The notes under the pieces were generated by a model. The model had not been told where the DNA came from. It did no database searches and worked only from the letters and a program-made list of their open reading frames with translations. Positions 24,959 to 35,396 of a stretch of 40,552 bases of DNA are shown here, in pieces; position 1 is the stretch's first letter, and each line of letters begins with the position of its first letter. Source of the DNA: an uncultured bacterium (GTDB lineage: Bacteria > Aerophobota > Aerophobia > Aerophobales > B3-G15); the NCBI GenBank assembly GCA_965613085.1, contig CBFDTW010000001.1:1-40552 (forward strand). The letters run 5' to 3'. Both the position numbers and the translations under genes were made by a program.

Positions 24959-26732
24959 TTTGCTCTCTTTCAAATATTCTTGAAAGTATTTTCCCTGCTA
25001 TCTGAGGAGCAATAGAAATCTCTTCCTCCCGATTTTCAACCAGAACTACTATTGATAAAAAAGGATTTTCTGCCGGGGCATACCCTACAAACCAGTTGTG
25101 AGGATTCTCGTTACCTTCTATTTCCACGGTGCCTGTTTTTCCGGCTATCTCAACTACTTTATTTTTTGCTCTCCACCCGGTACCCTCTTTTACCACTCCC
25201 TCTAAAGCCTGACGCAGGAGATTTAATGTTGTATCCGAGATGGGAACTTTATCTTTTTCAATAAAAGATTGAAAAACGACCTCTTCATCAATATTGACAA
25301 TTTTTTTCACCAGATGAGGCCGAACAAGATAACCTCCATTAGCAACAGCATTTATCATCTTTAACATCTGGATGGGGGTCACCAGAATGTATCCCTGCCC
25401 TATTGACAGGTTTGCTGTATCCCCTGGATACCAGGGTTCTTTATAGTTCTGGTTTTTCCAGGCAGGAGTGGGAAGAAGTCCCCTTTTTTCCAGGGGAAAA
25501 TCAACTCCTGTAGCTTTTCCCAGCCCAAATAGTCTGGCATATCGGATGATGTCTTCCACTCCTATTTTTAATCCTAACTGGTAAAAATAAACATCACAGG
25601 AGTGAATTATTGCTTCCTTAAGATCTACCTTCCCGTGCCCTTCTTCCCTCCAGCATTTGAATAATCTGTTACCCACCTTATAAGAGCCAGGACAGTTGAG
25701 GGTAGTAGAGGGGGTTATCTTTTTTTCTTCAAGAGCCGCTGCCGCAACTATTAGCTTAAAAGTTGATCCAGGAGGATACTCTCCTCTTATGGCTCTATTT
25801 TCCAGAGGGTCTCCAGGATGTCGGGAGAGCTTTTCCCATTTTTCCCCCGATATTCCCCTGGAAAAAAGGTTGGGATCAAAAGAGGGGAGGCTGAGCAGTG
25901 TTAATATCTCTCCAGTGAAAGGATCGGCTATAAGGACTACTCCTTTTCTTTCTCCCATTTCCTCCCTTGCTATTTTCTGCATATCAAGGTCTATGGTTAG
26001 ATAAAGAGTGTTACCGGGTAAGGGGTCTTTTTCAGAGATAATCTTTGAAGCTCTGCCATAAACATCAACCTCTACCTGTCTTCCTCCCTTTTCTCCTTGA
26101 AGATAGGTATTATACATTTTTTCAATACCTGTTTTTCCTACAAGGTCCCCTGCCTCCACTCCGAGTATGGAAAATCTTTTCAGCTCTTTTTTATTAACTT
26201 CTCCAAGATAACCTACCACGTTCCCCAGAAGTTTACCCTGAGGATAATTCCTCACAGGTTGGGCAAGTATTACCACAGAGGGAAATTCCTGTTCCCTTTC
26301 CATAAGATAAGTTACTCTGGACAGGTTTATATTCTCCTGAAGCACGACGGGACGGAAAGGATTGGTAGCTTTTTCGACTTTTTCTCTGCTAAGCTCTACA
26401 TTAAGCCGGGGTAGAACTTTTTTTAACTTATAAAAAACTTTTTCTGGCTGGGTGAGACTTTCAGGAATCACTCCTACCGAAAAAGAAGCTGTATTGTCGG
26501 CAACTATCCTTCCTTTCCTGTCCACAATCAGGCCCCGGGGATTGGGCACAGGTATAAGGCGCAGGCGAGAGGTCTGAGATAGCTGCAAGAATCTTTCCCC
26601 GTGCAATATTTGCAACCATCCTACTCTTATTAAAATAAGAGTGAAAGCAAAAAAAATAATTCCCGCTATAATTTTTACTCTTTGCTCGTACTTGAGGTTT
26701 GTTTTTGTAATCAGTCTGTAGTTAATGGACAC
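24927..26732 (-). CDS. mrdA: Penicillin-binding protein 2 (elongasome transpeptidase)
   Basis: 601 aa with a GTG start. N-terminal TM anchor, PBP dimer domain, and transpeptidase motifs STFK (PPGSTFK) and KTGT (AGKTGTV). Pairing with rodA supports the call. Confidence 0.88.
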   Translation of the reverse strand: MSINYRLITKTNLKYEQRVKIIAGIIFFAFTLILIRVGWLQILHGERFLQLSQTSRLRLIPVPNPRGLIVDRKGRIVADNTASFSVGVIPESLTQPEKVFYKLKKVLPRLNVELSREKVEKATNPFRPVVLQENINLSRVTYLMEREQEFPSVVILAQPVRNYPQGKLLGNVVGYLGEVNKKELKRFSILGVEAGDLVGKTGIEKMYNTYLQGEKGGRQVEVDVYGRASKIISEKDPLPGNTLYLTIDLDMQKIAREEMGERKGVVLIADPFTGEILTLLSLPSFDPNLFSRGISGEKWEKLSRHPGDPLENRAIRGEYPPGSTFKLIVAAAALEEKKITPSTTLNCPGSYKVGNRLFKCWREEGHGKVDLKEAIIHSCDVYFYQLGLKIGVEDIIRYARLFGLGKATGVDFPLEKRGLLPTPAWKNQNYKEPWYPGDTANLSIGQGYILVTPIQMLKMINAVANGGYLVRPHLVKKIVNIDEEVVFQSFIEKDKVPISDTTLNLLRQALEGVVKEGTGWRAKNKVVEIAGKTGTVEIEGNENPHNWFVGYAPAENPFLSIVVLVENREEEISIAPQIAGKILSRIFEREQNVSSYQKKNR

Positions 26733-26751
26733 TTTTTAAAAAAGTACCGGT

Positions 26752-27645
26752 TTATTTTTTCCGGACAGATATTACCCGGGCAATACCTTCTAAATCGTAA
26801 AAAATTTGAGGTATATCCACAAATTCTTGAACTTCATATATTATTTTTGCAACTTTTTCAAGCTGATTATAACCTATCTCTAACATTAAAACTCCCCCTT
26901 TTTTCAACCATCGGGGAGAGGTGGGGATTATTTTTTTATAAAAGGTTACACCTTCCCTGCCTCCGTTCAGGCTGAAGGTTGGTTCTTTTTTTACCTCCTC
27001 GGGTAAGCTTCTTATTTTCTCTTCCTCAACATAAGGAGGATTGGAAACTATCAGATCAGCTCTCCCTTCAAGGCCTTTTTCTTTTAGAGGAGAAAAGAGG
27101 TCACCTAAAAGAAAGTCTATTTGATGATGGACTCTGTGCGCTTTAGCGTTATTTTTTGCTACTTTTAGAGCAAGGGAAGATACATCAACAGCGTAGATAA
27201 AGGCATTTTTTATCTTTTTAGCTATGCTAATAGCAATATTTCCACTTCCTGTTCCTATGTCTACCACTATTATATCCCGTGCAGGATGGTTTTTCTTTAT
27301 CTCCTCGAGAAACTGTATGGCCTTTTCCACCAGGATTTCAGTTTCCGGGCGAGGAATAAAAATTCCCGGGCGAATAAGAAACCTGTATCCCATAAAATAC
27401 TGTTCGCCAGTAATATAGGCAAGTGGAATTTTCCGTGCGCATCTTCTTATATTTTTCTTAAAAAGAGCCTTTTGCTCTTTGCTGAGTTCTGTATCTCTAT
27501 CCAGGTAGAGATTGATTTTTTCTTTTCCTGTGATATTTTCAGCAATAATTTCTGCTGTTAGTTGAGGGTTATTTATCTTTTTTGAGTTTAAATAATGCCT
27601 TGCCCATCTTATAAGATCTTTTATGCTCTCCTTTTTTTCTCCCAT
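26752..27645 (-). CDS. prmC: Release factor glutamine N5-methyltransferase
   Basis: 297 aa. PLAYITGEQYFMGYRF, SAM motif VDIGTGSGNIAI, and catalytic NPPY (VSNPPYV). Confidence 0.88.
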   Translation of the reverse strand: MGEKKESIKDLIRWARHYLNSKKINNPQLTAEIIAENITGKEKINLYLDRDTELSKEQKALFKKNIRRCARKIPLAYITGEQYFMGYRFLIRPGIFIPRPETEILVEKAIQFLEEIKKNHPARDIIVVDIGTGSGNIAISIAKKIKNAFIYAVDVSSLALKVAKNNAKAHRVHHQIDFLLGDLFSPLKEKGLEGRADLIVSNPPYVEEEKIRSLPEEVKKEPTFSLNGGREGVTFYKKIIPTSPRWLKKGGVLMLEIGYNQLEKVAKIIYEVQEFVDIPQIFYDLEGIARVISVRKK

Positions 27646-27652
27646 CTAAAGT

Positions 27653-28117
27653 TCACTTTATCCGGGAGTAAAGATTAGCCATTTCCATGGCTGAAATGGC
27701 AGCATCCCATCCCCTGTTTCCAGCTTTGGTTCCGGCTCTTTCAATTGCCTGTTCCAGGGTATCTGCGGTGACTACACCAAATATTATGGGAATATCTGAC
27801 TGCATCCCTAAGGTGGCTATGCCTCTTGCAATCTGCCCGGAGATTAATTCATAATGAGGGGTATCTCCCCTCAACACTGCTCCCAGGCAAATAATGGCGT
27901 GAAATTTGTCCTTTTTGAGTAGTTGAGAAGCTGTAGCGGGAATCTCAAAACCACCGGGAACCCAGACTATTTCAATATCTTCTTCTTTTGTACCATGTCT
28001 TGCAAGAGCATCCAGAGCACCCTCAAGCAATTTTTTAGTGATAAGCTCGTTATAGCGAGAGACCACTATTCCGAATTTAAGTCCTTCTCCGGTAATTTTT
28101 CCCTTGTAGATATTCAC
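27653..28117 (-). CDS. ribH: 6,7-dimethyl-8-ribityllumazine synthase
   Basis: 154 aa. FGIVVSRYNELIT, VWVPGGFEIP, and CLGAVLRGDTPHYELI. Confidence 0.93.
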   Translation of the reverse strand: MNIYKGKITGEGLKFGIVVSRYNELITKKLLEGALDALARHGTKEEDIEIVWVPGGFEIPATASQLLKKDKFHAIICLGAVLRGDTPHYELISGQIARGIATLGMQSDIPIIFGVVTADTLEQAIERAGTKAGNRGWDAAISAMEMANLYSRIK

Positions 28118-28137
28118 CTTTCCTCTCCTTTATTTAA

Positions 28138-29358
28138 TTATGATTGAGGTAAATTTAACATATGTCCCAGTTTTTTCTGCTTGGTCTCAAGATAGGATCT
28201 GTTGACATGGTTGGGTTTTATCTCCAGGGGAACTCTTTCCACTACTTCCAGTCCATAACCTTTTAAACCTATAATCTTGCGGGGATTATTGGTTAGAAGC
28301 CTTATTCGATGTAGTCCCAGATCAGCAAGAATTTGAGCTCCAATTCCATAATTTCTAAGATCAGGAGGAAAACCAAGTCTTTCATTTGCCTCTACCGTAT
28401 CCATACCTTCATCCTGGAGCTGGTATGCCCGAAGCTTATTTAAAAGCCCAATTCCTCTTCCTTCTTGATTCAGGTATAAAAGAACTCCACAGTTTTCCCT
28501 GGAGATTATCCTTAAAGCAGCCTCGAGTTGTGCGCCACAGTCGCAACGGAGGGATTTAAAAACATCTCCGGTTAAACACTGAGAGTGTACTCTGACAACC
28601 ACATTTTCTTTGCCTTTCACCTCTCCCTTTACCAGTGCCAGATGAATTCTATTCTCCACTAAGCTTCTGTAGCCTATAAGGGTAAATTCTCCAAAAACGG
28701 TGGGCAAAGAGGTAACTACTTCCTTTTTTATCAGTTTTTCCTTTTTCCATCTGTAGTTTATAAGATCAGCTACTGTACATATTTTTATACCATGACGTCG
28801 AGAAAATTCTTTAAGTTCGGGAAGTTTTGCCACATGACCGTTTTCGTTTATTATCTCACAGATAACCCCTGCCGGATAAAATCCGGCAAGTCTTGCCAGA
28901 TCAACAGCTGCTTCCGGATGTGCTGCTTTAACAAGGACTCCTCCTTCTCGAGTAATAAGAGGAAAAACATGCCCGGGTCTTACCAGGTCCTCACTTCTGG
29001 TATCCGGATCAATTATTGCTTTGATGGTTTGGGCACGATCATAAGCAGAGATGCCAGCAGCTGTATTTTTCTTTGCATCTACAGACACAGTAAAAACAGT
29101 TCCTTTGAGAGAGGTATTTTCGTTCACCATAGGGGGAAGATCCAGCTGTTTTGCCCGTTGTGGAGTAATAGCTACACAGATAAGTCCTCGTCCATATTTA
29201 CTCATAAAGTTTATAATCTCCGGGGTGATGCAGGAGGCAGGGATTACGAGATCTCCTTCACTTTCCTTATCCTTCTCATCAATCACAATGGCCATTTTTC
29301 CTTTTTTGAGATCTTTCAGAACTTCTTCTATGGTATTCAAATTGCTTATATTTTTCAT
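28138..29358 (-). CDS. ribBA: Bifunctional 3,4-dihydroxy-2-butanone-4-phosphate synthase / GTP cyclohydrolase II
   Basis: Start moved to ATG 29358 (GAGG SD 6 nt upstream), giving [22 protein letters not shown].... DHBPS motif ESEGDLV and GCH-II motif [20 protein letters not shown]. Confidence 0.92.
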   Translation of the reverse strand: MKNISNLNTIEEVLKDLKKGKMAIVIDEKDKESEGDLVIPASCITPEIINFMSKYGRGLICVAITPQRAKQLDLPPMVNENTSLKGTVFTVSVDAKKNTAAGISAYDRAQTIKAIIDPDTRSEDLVRPGHVFPLITREGGVLVKAAHPEAAVDLARLAGFYPAGVICEIINENGHVAKLPELKEFSRRHGIKICTVADLINYRWKKEKLIKKEVVTSLPTVFGEFTLIGYRSLVENRIHLALVKGEVKGKENVVVRVHSQCLTGDVFKSLRCDCGAQLEAALRIISRENCGVLLYLNQEGRGIGLLNKLRAYQLQDEGMDTVEANERLGFPPDLRNYGIGAQILADLGLHRIRLLTNNPRKIIGLKGYGLEVVERVPLEIKPNHVNRSYLETKQKKLGHMLNLPQS

Positions 29359-29398
29359 CTTGCGCCTCATAAGTATCAAAATTATTAGCAGGATGCTT

Positions 29399-30037
29399 TT
29401 AATATCCTGCTTGTTGCAGAAACTCAAAAGTTATGTTACTTTTTTTCTTCTCCCTGGCTTTTAAAATCCCATCTACATATTTTGCCAGAATATCTACCTC
29501 CAGGTTTAAAAGGTCACCTTCCTGATGATCTTTTAAAGTTGTATGTTTGAGAGTATAAGGTATAAGACACACCTGGAAATTTTCCTCCTTTTTATCCGCT
29601 ATGGTAAGACTTACTCCTTCAAGAGTTATTCTTCCCTGAGGTACAATATATTTTCCCAACCCTGGAGGAGCTTTTAAAGTTAAAGTCCACTGGCTGGGCT
29701 GGCGCTCGATTTTCTCCAGCTTTGCCAGTCCATCTACATCTCCGGTTACAAAATGTCCTCCCATAAAGGAAGTGGGTAAAAGAGCTCTTTCCAGATTAAC
29801 TTTATCTTCCGGTTTTAAGAACCTCAGGTTTGTTTTTTTTAAAGTTTGAGGCATTACCTGAACTTCAAAGCTTTTATCCCTTTTCCGAACAACCGTAAGA
29901 CAAGCCCCGTTTATGCAGATACTGTCAGAAATTTTAAGGGTTTTTATTACCTTTTCAGCCTCCACAGTAAGCTGAAAAATGGGTGAGGAGATAATTCTGG
30001 AGACTTTACCTGTTTCCTCTACTATTCCGGTAAACAT
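29399..30037 (-). CDS. ribE: Riboflavin synthase (alpha chain)
   Basis: 212 aa. [13 protein letters not shown]-terminus, a duplicated lumazine-binding barrel, and [13 protein letters not shown]. Confidence 0.92.
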   Translation of the reverse strand: MFTGIVEETGKVSRIISSPIFQLTVEAEKVIKTLKISDSICINGACLTVVRKRDKSFEVQVMPQTLKKTNLRFLKPEDKVNLERALLPTSFMGGHFVTGDVDGLAKLEKIERQPSQWTLTLKAPPGLGKYIVPQGRITLEGVSLTIADKKEENFQVCLIPYTLKHTTLKDHQEGDLLNLEVDILAKYVDGILKAREKKKSNITFEFLQQAGY

Positions 30038-30080
30038 ATTTTTACTTATTATTTTTATCCTCGCAGGGTTATCTGCTGGT

Positions 30081-31271
30081 TTATACCAGAAGTAGTGCCG
30101 GTTTTTCTAAACCCTTCCTTACCTCCTGGAGAAACTTTGAACCAAGATACCCATCAACCGCTCGATGATCGCAGGATAAAGTCATTTCCATAAAAGGAGC
30201 TATAACAATCTCTCCCTCGACGGCTACAACTTTTTCCTTTATTTCTCCAGTGGCAAGCAGACAGACCTGGGGTGGATTTATAATGGCACAGAAGCTTTTA
30301 ATCTGCATCATCCCCAGATTGGATAAGGTAAAAGTTCCTCCCTCTATATCTTCAAGAGATAGCTTATCCTCCATAGCTTTTTTGAGCAGGTCCTCTCTTT
30401 CTCTGGCGATTTCAAATAAATCTTTCTGATCAGCATCTTTTATCACTGGAACTACCAGTCCCTTCTCTCTTGCTATTGCCAGGCCTATATTTACTCTGGA
30501 AAAAGAAATTATTCTACCCTCCCTGTAATGAGAGTTTATCCTGGGGAATTTACTTAGAGCTCTGGCACAGGCTTTAATTATAAGGTCAGTATGAGATAAG
30601 TGCACTTTTTTTTCTTCTTCAAATTCTTCCAGCAAATCCTGCCTTAATTTTATTGCATCGGAAAAATCAACTTCACTTGTGATGTAAAAGTGAGGAATCT
30701 CTTTTTTACTCTGTTGCATTCTATCTGCCATTATTTTCTCTACCCGGGAAAGGATTATTTCTTTTTCCTCAGCCCATATCTTTTCTACCTCTTTCTCTTT
30801 TGCAGCTATTTTTTCGGCAGCTTTGAGCACATCTTCTTTTATTATTCTGCCTCCTGGTCCTGTTCCCTTTATTTTTGAAAGATTCACTCCCTTTTCCCGG
30901 GCCAGTTTTTTAGCAAGAGGTGAGGCTTTAATTATCTTTTCTTCAAAAAGGGGCTTTTCCTTTCCTTTTTCTTCCTTTTCTTTAAGGGGGAGGTCGGCTT
31001 TTACATTTTCCTCTAAGGGAACTTCCTCTTCCATAGAATCGGCCAGGTAAGCAATTGTTTTTGTTACGGAGATCTTTTCCCCTTCCCTTGCCAGGATCTT
31101 TCTGAGGTATCCCGAGGCATTAGCCTCAACCTCCATGTTGGCTTTGTCAGTAGCTATCTCCAGAAGAGGTTCTCCCTTTTTTACTTCTTCTCCCTCTTTT
31201 TTCAGCCACTTTATTATTTCCCCTTCTTCCATGGTTTCTCCCAATTTGGGCATTATTATTCTTTTAATCAT
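30081..31271 (-). CDS. 2-oxoacid dehydrogenase E2 component (dihydrolipoyllysine-residue acyltransferase)
   Basis: 396 aa. Lipoyl domain (MPKLGETMEEGEI...EIATDKANMEVEA), E/K/P linker, E3/E1-binding domain (ASPLAKKLAREKGVNLSKIKGTGPGGRI), and catalytic domain with DHRAVDG. Confidence 0.88.
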   Translation of the reverse strand: MIKRIIMPKLGETMEEGEIIKWLKKEGEEVKKGEPLLEIATDKANMEVEANASGYLRKILAREGEKISVTKTIAYLADSMEEEVPLEENVKADLPLKEKEEKGKEKPLFEEKIIKASPLAKKLAREKGVNLSKIKGTGPGGRIIKEDVLKAAEKIAAKEKEVEKIWAEEKEIILSRVEKIMADRMQQSKKEIPHFYITSEVDFSDAIKLRQDLLEEFEEEKKVHLSHTDLIIKACARALSKFPRINSHYREGRIISFSRVNIGLAIAREKGLVVPVIKDADQKDLFEIAREREDLLKKAMEDKLSLEDIEGGTFTLSNLGMMQIKSFCAIINPPQVCLLATGEIKEKVVAVEGEIVIAPFMEMTLSCDHRAVDGYLGSKFLQEVRKGLEKPALLLV

Positions 31272-31453
31272 TTTTTAAACTCCTTTTAACTTCCTATTCT
31301 TGAGATTTCCCGGAGAAAACTAATTTTTACTTTGTCTTTCTGTATTTGTAAATTTTAGGAGAACATCCACCATTGTCAAGGGAGATTCCTGAGAAGGTAA
31401 CTGTTGATTTTTCATACAAAATTCTTTAAACTATTACTTACAGGAAACTGGTG

Positions 31454-31482
31454 TTGACCAGTTTTCAAGTTCTGTCTAAGTA
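31454..31482 (+). promoter_or_regulatory. Putative sigma-70 promoter for the Zn-dependent dehydrogenase gene
   Basis: TTGACC (31454..31459), 17-nt spacer, TAAGTA (31477..31482). AAGGAGAG SD at 31493..31500 and ATG at 31506. Confidence 0.4.
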
Positions 31483-31505
31483 TCCAATGGATAAGGAGAG
31501 TTGCC

Positions 31506-32546
31506 ATGAAAGCCGGTATCTTATACGGGGTTGAGAATTTGAAGATCGAGGATGTTCCTGTTCCTGATTTTTCAGAGAAAGAGTTTTTAATCAGGGTAAA
31601 AGTGTGCACTATATGTGGTACGGATGTGCGGATTTACCATTATGGGCACAAAAACATTAGCTTTCCTCGAATCACCGGTCACGAGCTGTCTGGAGAAATT
31701 GTACAGGTGGGGAAAAAAGTTAAGGGCTATAAAGTAGGTCAAAGAGTAACCATAGCTCCACATATTCCCTGTGGGAACTGTTATTACTGTCGCAGAGGGA
31801 TGCAGAGTATGTGTTTGAATTTTAGAGCCATTGGTTATCACTTTAATGGAGGATTTGCTGAGTTTATGCTGGTCCCGGAGATTGCTATTAAAAGTGGATG
31901 TGTGAGTCTTATTCCAGATAATTTATCCTTTGAAGAAGCGGCTCTGGCGGAGCCACTTGCCTGTGCCATAAATGGACAGGAATTATCCAGAACTGGCCTG
32001 GGAGACACAGTGGTTGTAATAGGAGCAGGTCCTTTAGGATGTATACATATACAACTTGCCAGGGCAAAAGGAGCAAAGAAAGTGATACTGGTAGAAGTCT
32101 CTGCCTCCCGAATAGATTTTGCCAGAGGTTTTGTCTCCCCAGATATTATAATAAATCCATCCAGGGAGGATGTTGTACAAAAGATAATGGAGGAAACCAG
32201 TGGACGTGGTGCAGATAAGGTCATCGTAGCCTGTTCCAGTGGAAAAGCTCAGGAAGACTCACTTAAGATGGTAAGTCCCAGGGGAGTAGTTAACTTCTTT
32301 GGAGGGTTGCCCAAAGATAGACCTTATATTAAATTTGATTCAAATCTGGTACATTACAGAGAATTTTATGTAGTGGGAACTCATGGTTCGGCACCTCACC
32401 ATAATGAGCTGGCTTTAAATCTTTTATCCAGTGGCCAAATAAGAGTGAAAGAGCTCATCACCCACAGGCTATCTCTGGAGAATTTACTTGATGGGATTCA
32501 TTTGGCCGAGGCAGGGAAGGCTATGAAAGTAGCCATTTTTCCATAA
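31506..32546 (+). CDS. Zinc-dependent medium-chain alcohol/polyol dehydrogenase (threonine/sorbitol dehydrogenase-like)
   Basis: 346 aa. Catalytic Zn ligands (CTICGTD, GHELSGE), structural Zn cluster CGNCYYCRRGMQSMC, and Rossmann motif VIGAGPLG. Confidence 0.85.
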   Translation: MKAGILYGVENLKIEDVPVPDFSEKEFLIRVKVCTICGTDVRIYHYGHKNISFPRITGHELSGEIVQVGKKVKGYKVGQRVTIAPHIPCGNCYYCRRGMQSMCLNFRAIGYHFNGGFAEFMLVPEIAIKSGCVSLIPDNLSFEEAALAEPLACAINGQELSRTGLGDTVVVIGAGPLGCIHIQLARAKGAKKVILVEVSASRIDFARGFVSPDIIINPSREDVVQKIMEETSGRGADKVIVACSSGKAQEDSLKMVSPRGVVNFFGGLPKDRPYIKFDSNLVHYREFYVVGTHGSAPHHNELALNLLSSGQIRVKELITHRLSLENLLDGIHLAEAGKAMKVAIFP

Positions 32547-32557
32547 AAGGAGAGGTT

Positions 32558-33130
32558 TTATTCCGTGGTTTTAATTATTTTTGTGTTCTTTCTAAAAGGC
32601 TGCCTTATATCAATATGACCGGCTAAGGTAGAGTGGGGTTTTCCTTCTATCAGGATCTGAACCCGGGAATAGGAGGGAAAATTTTCCAGAAGAGTATTTA
32701 CAATTGAGTATATACTTACAAGTTCTGCCGAGGTTCCCCCGGGATGATTTTCTATTAAAGATGAGGAAAAATCTACATAAATAACGTCTTCACGAGTATA
32801 GACGGCTCTCAGCTTTGTCTGGGGAGGAAGAGTGGAAAGAAAAGAAGAAGTTTGCGGACCTTTGATCAATTCCTGAATAATTTTTCTGATTTGGTCATTG
32901 ATGTTCCGGGTGTCATTAATAATTATTTTTCTTTCCACTGGCACGAGAAGCTCGTCCTCCGGGGTGGAGAAATAAAGGGTGACCACTTTACTTACAGGTG
33001 GTAGAGAGACGGGTCTTTTTATCCATTCTTTAAGGTGGTAAGTTTTTTCCTGTAGTAAGGGAGCAAATACTATTCCAGCAATGAAGGCGCCTACCATAAG
33101 AACAATAAAAATGAGAAGTTTTTTTCTCAT
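32558..33130 (-). CDS. GerMN domain-containing membrane-anchored protein
   Basis: 190 aa. N-terminal TM or signal anchor. The body resembles GerM/GerMN domains (VTLYFS..., LKGP...L.S.LP..T.L..V.......VYVDFS......GG...E...I.SIV.TL). 4-nt overlap with the amidase gene upstream. Confidence 0.6.
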   Translation of the reverse strand: MRKKLLIFIVLMVGAFIAGIVFAPLLQEKTYHLKEWIKRPVSLPPVSKVVTLYFSTPEDELLVPVERKIIINDTRNINDQIRKIIQELIKGPQTSSFLSTLPPQTKLRAVYTREDVIYVDFSSSLIENHPGGTSAELVSIYSIVNTLLENFPSYSRVQILIEGKPHSTLAGHIDIRQPFRKNTKIIKTTE

Positions 33131-34299
33131 GGGTTTTCTGTTTTTTTCTTGTCCAGAGAATTAATATATGTGACAATTCCCTGGTAAATTCCCCGGGCAA
33201 TGAGCTCCTGAAACTTTGCATTTTTCAATTTGCGTTCTTCCCAGGGATTGGAAATAAAACCAACCTCTACTAAAATGGCTGGCATGTTGGCTCCTCGCAG
33301 GACATAGAAAGGGGCAGATTTAACTCCTCTGTTTGAGGTGTTAGATGCCCGGACTATTTTCTCCTGAACAATGCGAGCAAGTTCTTTGCTTTCCTGACGG
33401 TATTGATTTTGAATCAGGTCCCATATGATGTTTTTTACAGTAGAGGGAAGGTCACCTGAGCCAAAAACTGCATTTTCACGCATTGCTACTTCTTTGGCAC
33501 CTTCTCCATAGGGATAACGAGAGTTGTAAAATGTTTCTATTCCCTTTGCCCGGGAACTCCAGGTAGCATTGGTATGGATACTGACAAAGAGATCTCCCCC
33601 TAAAAGATTTGCTATTTCTGTTCTTCTGTCAAGTGGAATAAACTCGTCACCTTCCCGGGTAAGATAAACCTGAAATTCTGAGTTCTGGTTTAAAAGCTCT
33701 GCTACCTTACGGGCTATTGCCAGAGTTATGTCTTTTTCTCTTGTTCCAGAAGGACCAATTGCTCCTGGGTCTTTTCCTCCATGGCCAGGATCAATAACGA
33801 TCCTGTAGTTTCCTACTTTTTTCTTCGGTATCTTTTGCCAGGGACCAAAAGATGGAGGATTTTCTTCAGTTTCTATGCTTTCCAGTCCTAAAAGAGCCGG
33901 GATGATGTCTTTTCCGGGTGGTCTTATTTGAATGATTACAGCACTGGGCTGGCTCTGAGAGGAGATGTCAAAAATATATTCAGAAGTATTTAAATCTACT
34001 GCAGCTTTAACCACATTTTCAGAATCTTTTAAGAGACAGATTTTCTGGATGAATCTATCCTCAACCCGGATCTCCTTGCAGGTAAAGTTTATTCTGACCG
34101 GAAAAAGATTCAACACAAGTCTTGGAGGAGCATCTATATCTTTTGCCACATATCCGGTACCTTCTGGTACAGGGATGAATATCCTGGTATGGGCAGGCTC
34201 CGAGGTTATTTTTACTTTATCTATAGATAGCTCCCCAGCCTGAGATACCTGGGTCACTAAAGTGATAAGGAAAAAAACTACCCCAACAGCAAATCTCAT
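33127..34299 (-). CDS. N-acetylmuramoyl-L-alanine amidase, AmiC-like (AMIN + Amidase_3 domains)
   Basis: 390 aa. Signal peptide, N-terminal AMIN-like domain (HTRIFIPV...PPRLVLNLFPV), and catalytic domain with IVIDPGHGGKDPGA, SIHTNA, and LVEVGFISN. Confidence 0.85.
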   Translation of the reverse strand: MRFAVGVVFFLITLVTQVSQAGELSIDKVKITSEPAHTRIFIPVPEGTGYVAKDIDAPPRLVLNLFPVRINFTCKEIRVEDRFIQKICLLKDSENVVKAAVDLNTSEYIFDISSQSQPSAVIIQIRPPGKDIIPALLGLESIETEENPPSFGPWQKIPKKKVGNYRIVIDPGHGGKDPGAIGPSGTREKDITLAIARKVAELLNQNSEFQVYLTREGDEFIPLDRRTEIANLLGGDLFVSIHTNATWSSRAKGIETFYNSRYPYGEGAKEVAMRENAVFGSGDLPSTVKNIIWDLIQNQYRQESKELARIVQEKIVRASNTSNRGVKSAPFYVLRGANMPAILVEVGFISNPWEERKLKNAKFQELIARGIYQGIVTYINSLDKKKTENP

Positions 34300-34366
34300 C
34301 TATCCATCCTTTAATCGTTTTCCTGCCTTCTCTCCCCCAATCTTTGTTATTTTAAAAAGTTAGACT

Positions 34367-35395
34367 TTACTTTACGTCTTTCTCCTCGGGCCTCTCTTTA
34401 ACAAAACCCAGTTTTTCTCTTATTTTTTGCTCAATTTCCTCCCGTAAAGATCTATTATTTGGATCTTTCAAAAACTCGCGAGCCTTTTCTTTTCCCTGCC
34501 CGAGTTGAACATCTCCATAGGAATACCATGCCCCGGACTTTATGATTATTCCGGTATCTGTACCTAAGTCCAGAATAGACCCTTCACGAGAAATCCCCTC
34601 TCCAAAGATAATGTCAAACTCAGCCTTTCTAAAAGGTGGGGCTAATTTGTTTTTAACCACAGTCACCTTAACACGATTTCCCACCTGCTCATCCCCTCTG
34701 GTAATGGAAGATTTTTTTCTAATATCTATTCTAACCGACGAGTAAAACTTAAGAGCCCTTCCTCCAGGAGTAGTTTCCGGGTTGCCAAATAATATACCAA
34801 TTTTCATCCTTAATTGATTAATGAAAATAGTACAGGTTTTGGAACGGCTGATTGAAGCTGTGAGCTTTCGCAGAGCCTGGGACATCAATCTTGCCTGGAG
34901 TCCTATATGGGCATCTCCCATTTCTCCTTCCAGCTCTGCTCGGGGAACAAGTGCAGCTACTGAATCAATAATAATTAGGTCTACGGCATTGCTACGGACC
35001 AGAACTTCGGCTATTTCTAAAGCATCCTCACCTGAGTCAGGTTGGGAGATGAATATACTTTCAGTGTCTACTCCCAATTTTTCAGCATATGCCGGGTCAA
35101 GGGCATGCTCAGCATCAATAAATGCTACTATTCCTCCCTTTTTTTGAGCTTCGGCAGCTACATGTAAAGCAAGGGTAGTTTTACCTGAGCCTTCAGGGCC
35201 AAAAATTTCTACTACTCTCCCTCTGGGAAGACCTCCTATTCCCAGTGCAGCATCAAGAGCAAGACTCCCGGTGGGGATTACCTCCACATCCATGCGGGCT
35301 GCTCTTTCTCCCAGGCGCATTATGGCTCCTTTACCGAATTGATGTTCTATCTGGCGCCTGGCAATCTCTAATGCTTTTAATTTTTCCTTTTCCAT
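34367..35395 (-). CDS. recA: Recombinase RecA
   Basis: 342 aa. [11 protein letters not shown], Walker [19 protein letters not shown], and [10 protein letters not shown]. Confidence 0.97.
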   Translation of the reverse strand: MEKEKLKALEIARRQIEHQFGKGAIMRLGERAARMDVEVIPTGSLALDAALGIGGLPRGRVVEIFGPEGSGKTTLALHVAAEAQKKGGIVAFIDAEHALDPAYAEKLGVDTESIFISQPDSGEDALEIAEVLVRSNAVDLIIIDSVAALVPRAELEGEMGDAHIGLQARLMSQALRKLTASISRSKTCTIFINQLRMKIGILFGNPETTPGGRALKFYSSVRIDIRKKSSITRGDEQVGNRVKVTVVKNKLAPPFRKAEFDIIFGEGISREGSILDLGTDTGIIIKSGAWYSYGDVQLGQGKEKAREFLKDPNNRSLREEIEQKIREKLGFVKERPEEKDVK

Positions 35396-35396
35396 T

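Noticed and set aside
30038-31505. FMN riboswitch expected upstream of the riboflavin genes
   Set aside because: The ribE upstream gap is only 43 nt. Reading both strands of the 234-nt region upstream of E2, I could not find the conserved FMN-element core. This is a by-eye judgement and should be confirmed with RF00050.
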